Part shown: piece by piece, positions 1 to 12,900 of the stretch
Layout: each line of letters begins with the position of its first letter
How positions within the stretch are numbered: the first letter of the stretch is position 1
NCBI GenBank assembly: GCA_051294375.1
Contig: CM119267.1
Span: 26,272,042 to 26,336,041, forward strand
Source of the DNA: Paraspadella gotoi
Taxonomy: Eukaryota > Animalia > Chaetognatha
Reading direction: 5' to 3'
Length of the DNA: 64,000 nt
Notes under the pieces: generated by a model
The model's input: the letters and a program-made list of their open reading frames with translations, nothing else
Databases searched by the model: none
Told to the model about the DNA's origin: nothing
Program-made: the position numbers and the translations under genes

Positions 1-1086
1 GAATGGCGATTGGTGCAAACCTATTTTTTTAGGCCATGCCCCGTCGTGTTAAATGTCGTGAAGATACAAACAACTTTTGGAATATGACACACCCTAAGGC
101 GATATCCATTGCTGAGAGGAAAAATATGATTGTCCCTAGAAACATTAATGTCTATATGGATGATTGCTGGTGTACTGTAAAATATCCAACTCCACCCAGA
201 CGACCAGGACTCCGTAGCGGTACCGCACAAAACTCGGATCCAGCTGCTGAATTCAATGATTGTTTGAATGAGGTTCATCCCCGAATCCAGTTCACCCGTG
301 AAGAAGAATCTGAACAGTCAATTGCTTTTTTAGATGTACACCTCACACTCGCAAGACCGATGGCACACTTATAACACGTATTTACCGCAAACCCTCTAAT
401 ACTAACCTCTGCAACAAACCCCAATCTTGCCAAAATCCCCAAATAACCATTGTTTCCTTCAAGGGTGAACTTTGTAGAGCTTTCCGCCTTTGCTCTTCAC
501 CTACCCAGACACAGAAAGAAATCCAATTTACACTTGACATGTACGAAGACAATGGCCAAGACAGGAAAAAATTAGAAACCATTGCTTCTAACTACCAGCC
601 ACCATCTCTCAACGCAATAACACAGACAAAAAACATACTAAAAAACACATGAACAGCACTGAAGACATACCTAACAACCTCTTTGATGTTCTTTCATTTC
701 GAGACCACTCCCCCTTTGCAGAAGAAACTCGCCCATACGCATGTATACCTTACATTCCGAGCCTGGCACATTCACTTAAAAGATCACTTACCAAGGCAGG
801 CGTCAATACTTGTTTTACTTCTGGGGCAAAATTGAAAGACATTCTTTGTAGCAAGAACCGCACCCATCCTGACCCAACTCTAAAAAAGGGAATATACAAA
901 TTTAATTGTCCTTGTTCCGAAAAATCTATTTATATTGGTCTAACATCTAGAAATTTTCAAACGAGATTGAAAGAACATGAACGGGCAATTGAAAAGCAGC
1001 ACTGGAACCACTTAGGTATTACCCAACACCATGAACTTTGCCCTGAGACACCAGACTTTTCAAATGCGTCAATTGTAATTATATAA
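1..1086 (+). mobile_element. Penelope-like retroelement fragment (RT C-half + GIY-YIG endonuclease), frameshifted, cut by the window edge
   Basis: ORF 36..374 has the RT motif YMDDCW and 'LNEVHPRIQFTREEE...IAFLDV'; after a frameshift 'YRKPSNT' follows; ORF 649..1086 has 'PYIP...L...L' and GIY-YIG 'GIYKFNCPCSEKSIYIGLTSRNFQTRLKEH'. Confidence 0.9.
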
Positions 1087-1599
1087 GTTTTTTGAAAATA
1101 CCTCTGAAATATTAGATAATTAGACAAGGGGAGTAAGCAGAGAAAACTTCCTATTCATAAAAAAATTGAAAATGAATTTGTCATATTGTTATTTAGATTA
1201 ATTGACTAAAAAATATTTGGGTAAAAAATATTCATCTTTGTCTCGGTTAACTATTAAGTTATTGTTAAAGTTTTGTTTTAATAATATTAATATTCTTTTT
1301 GTATTTCTAAAAGCAATGGTTTAAAATTTTGTAAGCGTTTCAAGCTATATTGCTTCATCTTTTTTTTACTATTTTTGATCTAGTAAGCTTTTTTATTGAT
1401 GGTCAAGGGTTATGGTCAGACACAGTAATGTCCAGTAGTGTATATCGCACATATTACAAAAAGTAACAATCAATTAATTTGGCTCAGAAACAATTTTAAA
1501 GGGACAAAATCAGCACGAGACCGTTTCGCCACGTTATTTTTCATTGTGACTTAATTAAATTCTTCCTATTTAATTAATTCAGTTCATACTTTTATGTTT

Positions 1600-1852
1600 A
1601 TTTACTCAATTTCATTAAATAAATTTAAATTGAATTCATTTAATTTATTCATTTTTTCAATTCATTTTATTTCATTCAATTCATTTTTTAATCAATTTAT
1701 TTATTCATTTCATTCATTCATTTCATTCATTCAAGTCATTTCGTTTAATTCATTTCACTCATTCATTCTATTCAATTCATTTCATTCAATTCATTCATTC
1801 ATTCATTCAATTATTTCATTTATTTCATTCATTAAATTTATTCATTCAGTTC
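1600..1852. repeat. Degenerate (TTCA/ATTC)n low-complexity tract
   Basis: Direct reading: ttcattcattcatttcattcaa repeats; explains spurious ORF 1594..1938. Confidence 0.85.
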
Positions 1853-3628
1853 ATGTGTGCGGCATTTATGAAAAGCTAAAAAAAGCGGGTGCTCATAAAA
1901 CTAACATTCTTTTCTGTCATTTAAAAGCTTGTTTATAAAAATCGGAATAGAGTATGCTTCATTGCTACAACTTTTCCTTTGGTGTCATTTTACGTGGCTC
2001 GAGCTCGCCTGGTATTGCGAGGGTTTTTATGAAATTTAAAATTATTTGTTCATTCTTTCGCCCCATCCAAGTTCTGGCGGCGTGAGCAGTACTTCCTCCG
2101 GCTTCAGCAGTGGATCGTCCGGGTCGTCCTTCTCGTCGTCGTCGTCGTCTTCTTACGGAGGCCGCTCATCCTCCGGCTTTCCCACTTCCTTCTCTTCTCA
2201 CTCGGGCTATCGACTTCGACATCAACTAAAACCCGTTCAACTCGATGAAGACTTTTTTCTCAGTTGAAACTCGCTCTTCTTTTTCCGCACCGAGTATAAT
2301 AGTTTTGCAGCTATACGCACTGCTTGGCGGCGAATCAACTTTTCTCTACAGGGTTATCCTCCCTCTTATTTTCGATTAGGAGGGACTTTTTCATCCTTCT
2401 CTGTGGTCGAAAAATAGGAGGTCGTGTTAAAGTTTGGAATCGCGTCGCTGCTGCCGTTGCATTGCCACCTCCTAGAATTTTCTACCGTTTCTTTTTTAGA
2501 CCTCTTGAATGAAATGGTTCTCGGCGTAAAAGCGCTTCCCTATTTTAATTTTTTCGAATACTTTTCATTTTCTCTCTTTATTACCCATTTCCTCTCCCTT
2601 AAGTTTTTCTTGGCAAGTGCTGCTTGTTTGCAACTCAATAGATTTCTAGTCTTTCTTCGACCTTCATGATTTTCATGATTTCGCGACTCAAAATTAAAAT
2701 AGGAAAACCGGCGTCCATTGAATGAGATTTTGTTAACTGCGATGCCTCTATTTTAAAATCGTGATAACTCAAATTTGCAAAACTGGAAAATATTTCGGAT
2801 TCGCGCAATTTTATTTTTATTTTTCGTTTTATATTTAGTTTTATCGCAATTTTCGTATGAATTCTGCGCTTGTTTTTCGCTCGCTCTGTATATTTACTTA
2901 CGATCTTGGAAAATGAATAAGTCGCCGAAAATATTTATAGTTTTGGTAACTTTTGTAACTTTTAATTCAAAGATCGAAACTAATATTATGTATATGTAAA
3001 AAAAATGAGCTTCTGATTCAAATGAGCCTATTATCAGAAATACCAGAGTGAGGAATAAAAAAAAGTGGTATTTGAAAACATTCTGCTTTGAAATAAAAAT
3101 TTTTAAACGTTAAAGTTAATTTTTTTGTGTGTGTATAAATGTCTATTAATATAATATGGCTTAATACTAAAATCAAACGATGATTAAAACTCTCAGAAGT
3201 TATAAGTATAGGTATACTAATATATTAATAAAATATTATCCTAATATGATAAATGATTGTTTTTGTAAAGTTGTCATAAAAATTGAGAATACCAGATTCT
3301 CGTTGACATCCTTATTTTCATTCAAAAACTTTTGGCGACTTCTTCATTTTCCAAGATGGTAGTAATTAAGTTTTTTTATAATTTGGCTTTTGTAATAAAC
3401 ATGCCACCTGTCATGCCCGAAGTTATTTAACTGACCGAGTTCATTTCTATTATAATACCGTCTAAGAATCTTCAAGACAATCCGGCTTTATATGATAATC
3501 TCTTAATTAGCAGTTTCTAACAATCACATAAACTTTTATCTAAAAGTTATTCTTTAAGAAAACTTGAGCTGTGTTTAAATGATTAGAAAAATTTGATAAC
3601 TTTGAATTTAGATCCCTCAAACACAGTA

Positions 3629-5391
3629 CAGTAGCATCAGTCGAGAATTTCTGAGACAGCAAGCACTGTAACTCGAGTACAAATGATAATTTGAAAGCGA
3701 GTTTTTGTCTTGTTATCGAGTAAGGTAAGCCATTGCTCTACGACCACTTTTGGGACATAGCAGTTTATTGTAAAAATTGACCTTGAGTGGGATTCGAATT
3801 CTATCATTCCATACTGCGTCAAAGTAGGGGTAGCCGCACTCAATGGGGTGAGTCAAAAATTTAGAGTGAGTACATGCTCAAACGAATATTTAGACATTTT
3901 TAAGAATACTTTCAATGGACAAAAAATTTCTAATATGGCTCTATACCCTAGTAATTAATTTTTTAATATTTATTTATAGATAGGAAAGGCCAAAAAATTT
4001 CTTTTAGATATTTTTAATTTTAAGACCAGATTCAGATAGCTCATAAAAAGTTGTCTACACAAAGTATAATTCTTTTTTCAATATTTTTACGATAAGTGTG
4101 TCAAAAATAAGAAAAACTGTAAAAAATGATCATCATCATCATCTTTCGATGATTTTATCAGTTTTTTTATATTTTCACTTAGAAAACGTAAGAATTTTTA
4201 AAAGCTGTAATTATATTTCTTGTTTAACTTTTTATGCTCTATCAGAATCCATCAAAAAAATTTAAGATTTAAAAAAAAATTTTTTTGCTCTATATAGTAA
4301 TATAATATTTTTAATTAGGCTAGTACCCTCAGAAGAAAGCATTTTTGACAAAAAATATTTTAATACCATAATCTATGGTCATGATAGATTATTTTAACGC
4401 TGTATACATTAGCATTTAAATTTCATCGGCTATGGCTAGTCAAAGTTTTAGTTTTTAACCACTCGGCCATCTCGGAATTGAAAAAAAAAGTTTTAAAAAC
4501 CTTAATATAAATTTTGGTTTTCCTATTTTTTTTAAGCCAACCAAAAACTTAAATTATTCTTTTTTCAAAATAATTTCATTCTTTCATTCTCTCAATCATT
4601 AGCCTATTTTTTGCTTTTTTATTTTAAAAAAATATCAATATAATGAAATTTACTAAAAAAAGATATATTAGCTATAATCCGTCCAGGAAGGTTTCAGAAG
4701 GTTGTCATTCTGCCACAATTAGGGAAATCTGAGTTTCAAGGAATCGTAATAATACTAATACCGATAGCGGTAATAGTTTAGAGATGAAAAATGATAGTGC
4801 GGTTTCTTACTTTTGTTAAAGGAAAATAGATTTTAAAACATATCACGAATATTCTGTGAGAATTGTCGCTTATTCTCATGCAAGCGGGCAAGTGTCTGAT
4901 GCTTCGCCCGTAACGAATTGTCTCATCGTGAGTCACCAAAGAAAAGTTGTAAAGGTTAAAACGGTTTAATTCTTTATAGAGATCCCTCAGAAACTTGTAA
5001 ACGCTTAATAAAACACAAGCAACGTGAAAATGTTCGACGTCGCTGCTTAACAACAACAACAACAAAATTTCAAACATTAATGAATTTTTTGTTTCCCCCC
5101 AAAAAAATAAAAGCGAACCTACAGCTTTATATAATTTAATTTGAACAAAATTTTTTAGAAATCATTTGACCGAGCGCTAAGCGCGCCGGATTTCAGGTTT
5201 CAGGTTCAAATCTAGCCGAAGTTACTTTTTACCATAAGTTTCGATGTCCCAAATTGGTCGTAGAGCAATGGCTTACCGAAGGGGGAGTAGCCATATGTGT
5301 ACTCGATATCAAGACAAAAACTCTTTAAAATTATCATTTGTACTCGAGTTATAGAGGTTGCCGTCTCAGAAATTCTAGACGGATGCTACTG
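3629..5391. mobile_element. Non-autonomous Tc1/mariner-type DNA transposon with long imperfect TIRs
   Basis: TA|CAGTAGCATC... at 3627-3638 and ...GATGCTACTG|TA at 5382-5393; ~150 bp imperfect inverted similarity (ctcgagtacaaatgataat, gtaagccattgctctacgacca); TA TSD; no transposase ORF. Confidence 0.8.
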
Positions 5392-5950
5392 TATGAATTC
5401 AGTTTCAATATTTTATAGACGTAGATGACGTTGAGTCCCAATTCTGGTCATTTTTAGCCTGCGAGTTTCAGTCGTAATGCTTACCACCTGTTGTATTATC
5501 AATAACAAAGATTTTGATAGTTAACAGTGAATACGGATTTGTAGTTTAACCTTGCCAAACATAACCCGCCTTTTCCGAGGCTAATTGTTAGCGACGGTGG
5601 TAGGACGAGTTCCTTATAATTTGTAATTAATTCATACAAGAATATGGATAAACCGGTTAACGAACCAATCACGACGGCGCGACTGTCAGACTTAACGTTC
5701 TGTGATTTAATAATGCAACAGGACGCTAATCCTAAGCATTTGGGTTGGAAGGAACTCATGCTACATTCGTTGCGAACGTGAATCCCAGGTGAAATCCGCC
5801 GCAACAAAAAGTCATTTTGCAAAGATACGAACTGTTTGCATTTTTAAACGTTGCATAACGATTTTGATAAATTGGAATATCGTCTTTTGTTGTTTCATCT
5901 AGTTTTTACTCAGTTTTTTTTCTTTTCAATTATTTTTTTTTTTAGTTTTT

Positions 5951-6719
5951 AGTCGGATCTGCTTATCAGCAGATCCCGACTCTATAATTCACTTTGTCGG
6001 TCCGTCGGTCCGCCCCCTCAATATTGTCGGGCACACACTTATATCATGTCAGAACATCAAATTATGATAAATTATGCAAAAAAAATTATGTCCGTCTGTC
6101 CGTCCGTCCATCCCACCTTAGCAAAAAACACCAATTACTCGTGATTGGATGGATGGATTTGAATGAAATTTTGTGTGTGGGTAGGGAAGTGTGTGATTGA
6201 GCTGGATATAAAGTTTCGATGGAATTGTCTGAGTGAAAATGAGTTTGAATGGAAAAAACAAAAAAATATATTTCACTATTTGAACACCAATTGCTCATGA
6301 GTGGATAGGGCGATTGACCTTGAATTTGGTATGTGGGTAGGAAAGTGTGTGATTAAGCTGGAAATCAAATTTCGATGGAATTGTCTTAGTGGAAATGAGT
6401 TTAAATGGAAAAAACAAAAAACCTGTTTAACTAATTGATTATGCTTATTTTTCCTTTTATATAAATTTAAATGCAGGATGTATTAATTAATCAAATAATT
6501 AATCAATTAGTCAATTAATTAATAAATAATTAATCAGTCAATAACTCAAGTCAATCATTATCGGCATTATTCTCATCATCGTCATTGCTTTTGTCGTGGT
6601 TAGTGACGAAAAGACCTAATTAATTAACTAATTAATTAACTTGAATAATTTAATTATTAATTAATTAATTACCGATAATGATCGTTGGCAGATCCGACAT
6701 TGTTTGTTCAAACTTGTTT
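5951..6719 (+). mobile_element. Helentron-associated non-autonomous element (HINE/DINE-1-like), family 1
   Basis: In a T-run; 5' subTIR GTCGGATCTGC with adjacent inverted copy GCAGATCC(C)GAC, (GTCC/GTCT)n microsatellite, 3' subTIR GCAGATCCGAC followed by a gtttg-ttc-aaac hairpin. The same 3' end recurs at ~7650-7680, ~12652-12683, 23516-23547 and 23742-23773. Confidence 0.75.
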
Positions 6720-6988
6720 AGTAATAACAATATATAAGTATTCCGTCTCATGTTAAGAGTATAAAGATTTAGCTGTAACACTAAAATTAAAATCATCCCT
6801 TTTTGATATGTAAATTCAAGTCCTTGTAACAGGTATATTTCGGCCAAAGCAGTGACTTTACATTCTTACTCTGTTTTGCATTATTGGTATCATTTAACAT
6901 TCACTTTCCAAATAAGTTCTTATACATTTCCCGTCTTTTAATCATTATATTGACAGAAAATAACTTGAACTTTAAAATAATATAAAAA

Positions 6989-9900
6989 ATGGTTCGTTTA
7001 ACCCCGGAGTTGATTGCACAAGCAGCTCAGTTCATGAATCCCGTCAAAGACTACGAACTGGATCTGAGAGGTGAGTGAAAGCGATTAACTTATTTTTCTC
7101 GCCATAATTTTAACTAAACTTGAAAAGAAATATTCCTCTCCTCCTCGCCGCCGCCGCCGCTGCTGCAGGATACAAAGTGCCAGCGATCGAGAACTTGGGC
7201 GCGACGCTGGATCAGTTTGACACCATCGACATGACGGACAACGAGATTCGCAAGTTGGATGGATTTCCATTGCTCAATCGTCTGACCAATTTGTTCATCA
7301 GGTTTCCTTTTAATTTCCTGCTCCGCTTTTCAAAACAACTCATATAAATTATTAATATATTTGAGATTTTCCTGCAGCAATAACAAGGTCTGCCGCATCG
7401 GCGAGAATCTCGAAGCGGTCTTGCCCAAACTGAGAACGTTGATCTTAACCAACAACGCCATGGCGGAGTTGGGAGACCTTGACCCGCTGGTGACGGTCCC
7501 CACGCTCGAGATCCTCAGCCTCCTCAGAAATCCGGTGACGACGAAGAAAAATTATCGCTACTACGTCATTCACAAACTTCCGCAGTTGAGGTAAGTTTCA
7601 TATTTTGGGTTTTTCATCAGATCGATTTGATTAAATCAAAATTTCTCCTAACAAGTTTGAGTAAACAATGTCGGATCTGCCTACGATAATTAAGCTGTAA
7701 TAAGCTCATCTGATGATGAATCATGGTAATTTTTCTGACTCTCAATTTGTGAATTGTGGTTATAACAAATCATAACAGACTTCTTAATAAATCTACATGG
7801 TGACAATTTTACAATCGCCGGTAAAAAAACTCAGTCATTTCCAAACCCATCATCGACGTTAACTGAACTGCCGTAATACTGAGAGGAGTAAGGAATCTTC
7901 GAAGTAACGAAACAAGAGTTTTATTCTCAGAACAGAGTGATCACAAAATAATAGATGAAAATTCTTTGCTCTTTCTTTTGTGAGCCAGAAGAACCAAGTG
8001 ACAAGCAAATTCACATCAAGCCACTATCTCTAATTTAACCAAGGCTGGGCAGTACACTGGTTTTTTTAACCATGCAGTCTTTGTGTATAGACTTTCTATT
8101 TCGTTGTGTTTTAAGATTTAGAGAAAAACAACCATGCAGTCTAAAATTTTCACAATCCTGTACAGTTTCTGGTATAATTTCAAGTGCTTAAAACGATTAA
8201 CAAGATGTCGTCAATCAGATTTTGCGTTAGACCTACGCACAATTGACCGGAAGTTGACGTTGACAACAACATGGAATTTTTCTATGTTCTTTAATTGCAA
8301 GATAAGAAAATAGTTTTATAAAAATAATAATTTCCTAAATTTTAAGTTCCTCTCATTATTTAATAAGTTTTACTTTAAAATTTTTTTTAAAAAAGGCTCT
8401 TACCTATAGTGGGCGTGTCCAAAACTGGAAAATGACGCTCAAAAACTGATAAAATACGCAATATTAATAGTTTTTGAACTACTATAAATATAATGGTTTT
8501 TTATTGTCAAATGATAGTTGTATCACAAAGAATTATCATATATATCATAAAAAACTTTCACAGCTCTAAATAGACAAAATAAATATCAGTTACAAAAGAT
8601 TCGTTTCTTAGTAACTGTTAAAATTCAGAATTAATATTATTTCTTTATTCGTTGTTGAAGAAACATATGCACAGGAGATAATGATTTAGTATTAAGCATA
8701 TAAACTTTTTTTTTTGACTACTTTTTTGCCAACATTTTGATTCTTATGAACTAATCATTTTTAAAGGCAGTCCAGAGTAAAATTTCAATTGTTCCAGAAA
8801 AAGTCATGTAGAGAGAGAGAGAGAGAGAGAGAAAGAGAAAGAAGCAAAATACAAAAGAACTGCCTTGAAAAATGATTTGTTCATAAGAATCAAAATATTA
8901 GCATGAAAGTAATAAAAATGAACTAAATATTTGTTATTCCTTGTCAAAACAATAAAATATTTAATAATTTTACATTGCTGTATTATTTATTATAATGAAA
9001 CTTGATATGATATACTCAAGGTTTGAATAAGAGTCGTCTTACTTCTAAAACCCTTGGGATTAAAGTTAAATGAAACTAAATAGAAAAAAACTAATTCATA
9101 AAGTTTATACAGTTTATTAAAACTGATCTTATATTTGTATCAGATTTTAAACAGTGAACATGTTTCAACTTTTAATTCAAGTCTTCATCCGCATTTATGA
9201 ATTGCCAACAGTTTTTTACTTCACAAGAAATATTTGGGAGAGAAAGGAAGATAGAGTGAGAATTAGGTGAGAGTAAGGGAAGAGAGAGAGAGAAAAAGAG
9301 AGAGAAAGAGAGGGGGAAAAAATTTCAACAAAGATTTGAGAAAAGGATAGAGGTCAAGGTGAAGACAGGTTAGGTTTAGGCCAGAGAGAGAGAGAGATAG
9401 ATATTGAAAAAAAACAACATTTTCACTGTTTAAAGAAAAATCGTTGCTTGAACTACTTCAAACTCTTTCTAATTCAAAAACGAGACGAAAGAAAGGATTT
9501 CACATAATGGTATAAATGATAATTTTTTTATTGCTGGATTAAAGGTTTTTTTTAAGGAAAAGAAAAGAAAATTATAAATCTGATTAACTTTTTGATGCAT
9601 GGATATTGTTAGTTAATTTATTCATTAATAATTATGAGTAAAAATTAGGTTAACTTTTAAAAATAATAAATTTAAAATTTTATTCCTAGATTTGTATTCC
9701 TTGCAAAAAGTTGATATAAGAAAATCTAATTTTTATTCCAAAATTATGTCATTAAGAGGAAAGGTCATTCGGCATAACAATACGTATTACGTAATCATTG
9801 ATGTATTAAAGCTAATATATCGAGAAATACAGTATAATCATCAGTAATCACAAAAAAATAAGTTTTTATTTATATGTAAACAATCCGTTTTTAATCTGGT

Positions 9901-12900
9901 TGTTAAAAAATTCTAGGTAAGAAGTTAAAACACGGTATGGGTTAGTTTAGAAGGGGAGAATTAAACAATTAATCTTGTTACTCTGTTGGTTTGTAGTCGG
10001 GCATTGCCTAGGTTCACCCCGCCTATAAGCATGACTCTTTCAGTTGTGACCCGGTGGCTCATTGAGTAAAGCCATCAGCTCATGACCACTAGGTACCGGG
10101 TTCAATACCAACCCGGTACCTACCCTGTGGGAAGCGTGAGGACGGCCGTAAGCCGCCTTGGGGCGTGGCAACCCCTCAAGCCTGTTCCAAGCCCAGGACC
10201 CGTTCCATGGCTACTAAAGGGGGTTATAGAAGTTACGGATAGTCTTCAGCCCACTTAGCGCCTTATCCACACTGGTGAGCCCATCCTGTCGAGCGCATTC
10301 CAACCTTCTGATTCCAGGCCCATGGACGTGCCAAAGATTGCTCCCCTTCCTCCACTGGAAGCAGTGCAGGGTGGGTTACAATCTGGGGGCATGTAGTCGG
10401 GCATTGCCTAGGTTCACCCCGCCTATAAGCATGACTCTTTCAGTTGTGACCCGGTGGCTCATTGAGTAAAGCCATCAGCTCATGACACACTAGGTACCGG
10501 GTTCAATCCCAACCCGGTACCTACCCTGCGGGAAGAGTGAGGACGGCCGTAAGCCGCCTTGGGGTGTGGCAAACCCTCAAGCCTGGTTCCAAGCCCAGGA
10601 CCCGTTCCATGTCTGCTAGAGGGGGTTATAGAAGTTATGGATAGTCATCTTCTATAGTTAAATAGATGGTAAAGAAATTCGAGCTACAATGAATTAAAAA
10701 TTTGATTAGCAATCTTAAAAACATTTATGAAAATGTAATAGAGAGATATTTCGATAAACATGTTTCAGTTAGAGAGAATTCAGGGTTAAAGTTTAAAAAT
10801 GTTTCATTTTCAAGGATACAAGTTGAAATTTAAAAATGTCTCTCTATTACATTTTTCTAATTCAGTAATAAAAAATTCATAAAAAATATCAGATGGATTG
10901 GCCTTTTCGTTTGACCTGCAACTCTTCAGATAGGTTTCTTTTATTTTATATTATAATTAAAACCGATATAAAATGGGGTAGAATGCATCAAATGTTTAAA
11001 GTGAATACATTTTCGGAATCGCCAGGAGCTCGGCTTTCTGAATTTGTACTCCATTTTGGCCTATTTTGAAGTTGAATTGAATGACCCTTTTTCTTAAGTT
11101 GGTCAAAGTGAATTATAAATAATTATAAAAACTTTCATTGAATCAATTCCCCTTTTTTCGCTCAGAATTCTCGACTTTCGGAAGATTAAACAGAAAGAGA
11201 AGGATGCGGCCAAGAAGATGTTCGGTGGAACGCGAGGGGCGGCGTTGGCGGCCGAGTTGGGACAGAAGTCGAAAACGTTCACCCCCGGCGCGCCCTTAGC
11301 TCCAGGAGCAACTAGCGCCGTCCCCTCGCCTCAAGTCCGACAGGATATGGAAGCCATTAAGGTAATTATATCATTTACTAATGTACATGTAACGTTTAGA
11401 AAAAACAATTTATTTTAACTATAAATTTTTATGAATAAGATATAATAAAAAAATAAAATATAATGAGGGTTATAATTTTTCAGCGCGCCATTGCTAATGC
11501 AAAGTCTTTGGAGGAAGTGGAGCATCTGAAGAACCTTCTTCGCGCCGGCCAGGTCCCGTCCCCGCCGACCAATCCAATGGGCACGGCGGCCATCCTCAGT
11601 CAGTTGCATCAAGCGGCCAACGGGTCTGCAAATGGGACGACCAACGGTAGGAAAATGCCCTTCTTAATTCTCATTTTCATCCACTCTTACTGCTTACTGC
11701 TTCGTCAAAAGCCTTTTGTTTTAAGTCAATTTCCCTCCTTTTCCGAGGTACAAACACAAAGTCTTTGTCAAAGACTCAAACCGGAGGATGACAAGTTCAG
11801 CACAGTCCTGCAAATCGGAGCATAAGTGACAGCTATGCGGTTATATTATATATATTACATGTATTTAATACAGAGATGTGGACGCAATCCGGAAAGCGTA
11901 AGCGAACACTGTGGAAGCGGCCGATTTTTGAAGAACCCGAAACCGGGAGCGATAGAAAAATTGAGAATAAAGGATTGAACCCGGAAGCTATAATAACCCT
12001 GCGTGTTCGCTTCCTGGTCATTTGTTTTTATTGGTTAGAAATGAAAGATATTTAATGTATTAAAATCTTTGCAACCCCCTGCTCTTTCTTGATTTTTATT
12101 TTTAAAATTTTTTTCCAATATTTATTTTCAACATTTAGAATTGTTTGCTCATAATTTTTTTATTCACTTTTTCTTATTCTCTTCTTTTATTTTTTGGTTT
12201 TCTTTTGTTCTCTCTTCCTCTTTCGTCAAGAATCTATGAAAAAAATTACATTTATTTTTTTAATTATTCTTTTTAATATATTGAAATAAAATCTGAGCTG
12301 AACAAAAGATTTTTTCTATCTGAAAATAACTGTAATTATAAGTTAAATTAAAATATAAATTAAACTTTTTTAATTCTATAAAACTAAAAATTTTATTTCT
12401 TATATTTTTGTTGTTTTTCTTTAAATGTAAGTTTACTTTTTTTTAAATCCATAAGGTTTTTTATGTTACAAACAAGTTTGAACTAAAAGGATTGATCTGT
12501 TTTATTGGCAATATTGCATAATATTGTGCTTATACATACTTATATCTCTAACACACTCTCTCTCTCTCTATCTTCTGTTTTTCCCCTCTCGCACTGAACA
12601 AAAAAGCAAACAAAAAAATATATATAAAATAAATAAATCCAAATTATTAATAAACAAGTTTGAGCAAACAATGCCGGATCTGCCATGATCATTAGAGGTA
12701 ATTAATTAATTAATTAGTTGAAAAATAATAAATTATTTAATTAATTATATATTGATTAATTAAAAGAATAACATCGAACATTTGGGAGCTCAAATGTTTT
12801 GAACAAATACAACGATGACGAATACAATGACGAAGACGACGACGAATTCTTTGTACTTTGTGACCCGTAGTACAGTAGTGGTCAATAAGAATGAACTGTT

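Noticed and set aside
2046-2700. Ser-rich or acidic coding segment
   Set aside because: Interrupted by stops, with no clear splice structure or recognisable motifs; at most a decayed TE fragment.
10048-10121. Functional tRNA genes (also 18321-18389, 19973-20045, ~48940-49012)
   Set aside because: A/B boxes are present but stems are imperfect, and every copy lies inside the terminal repeats of a mobile element.
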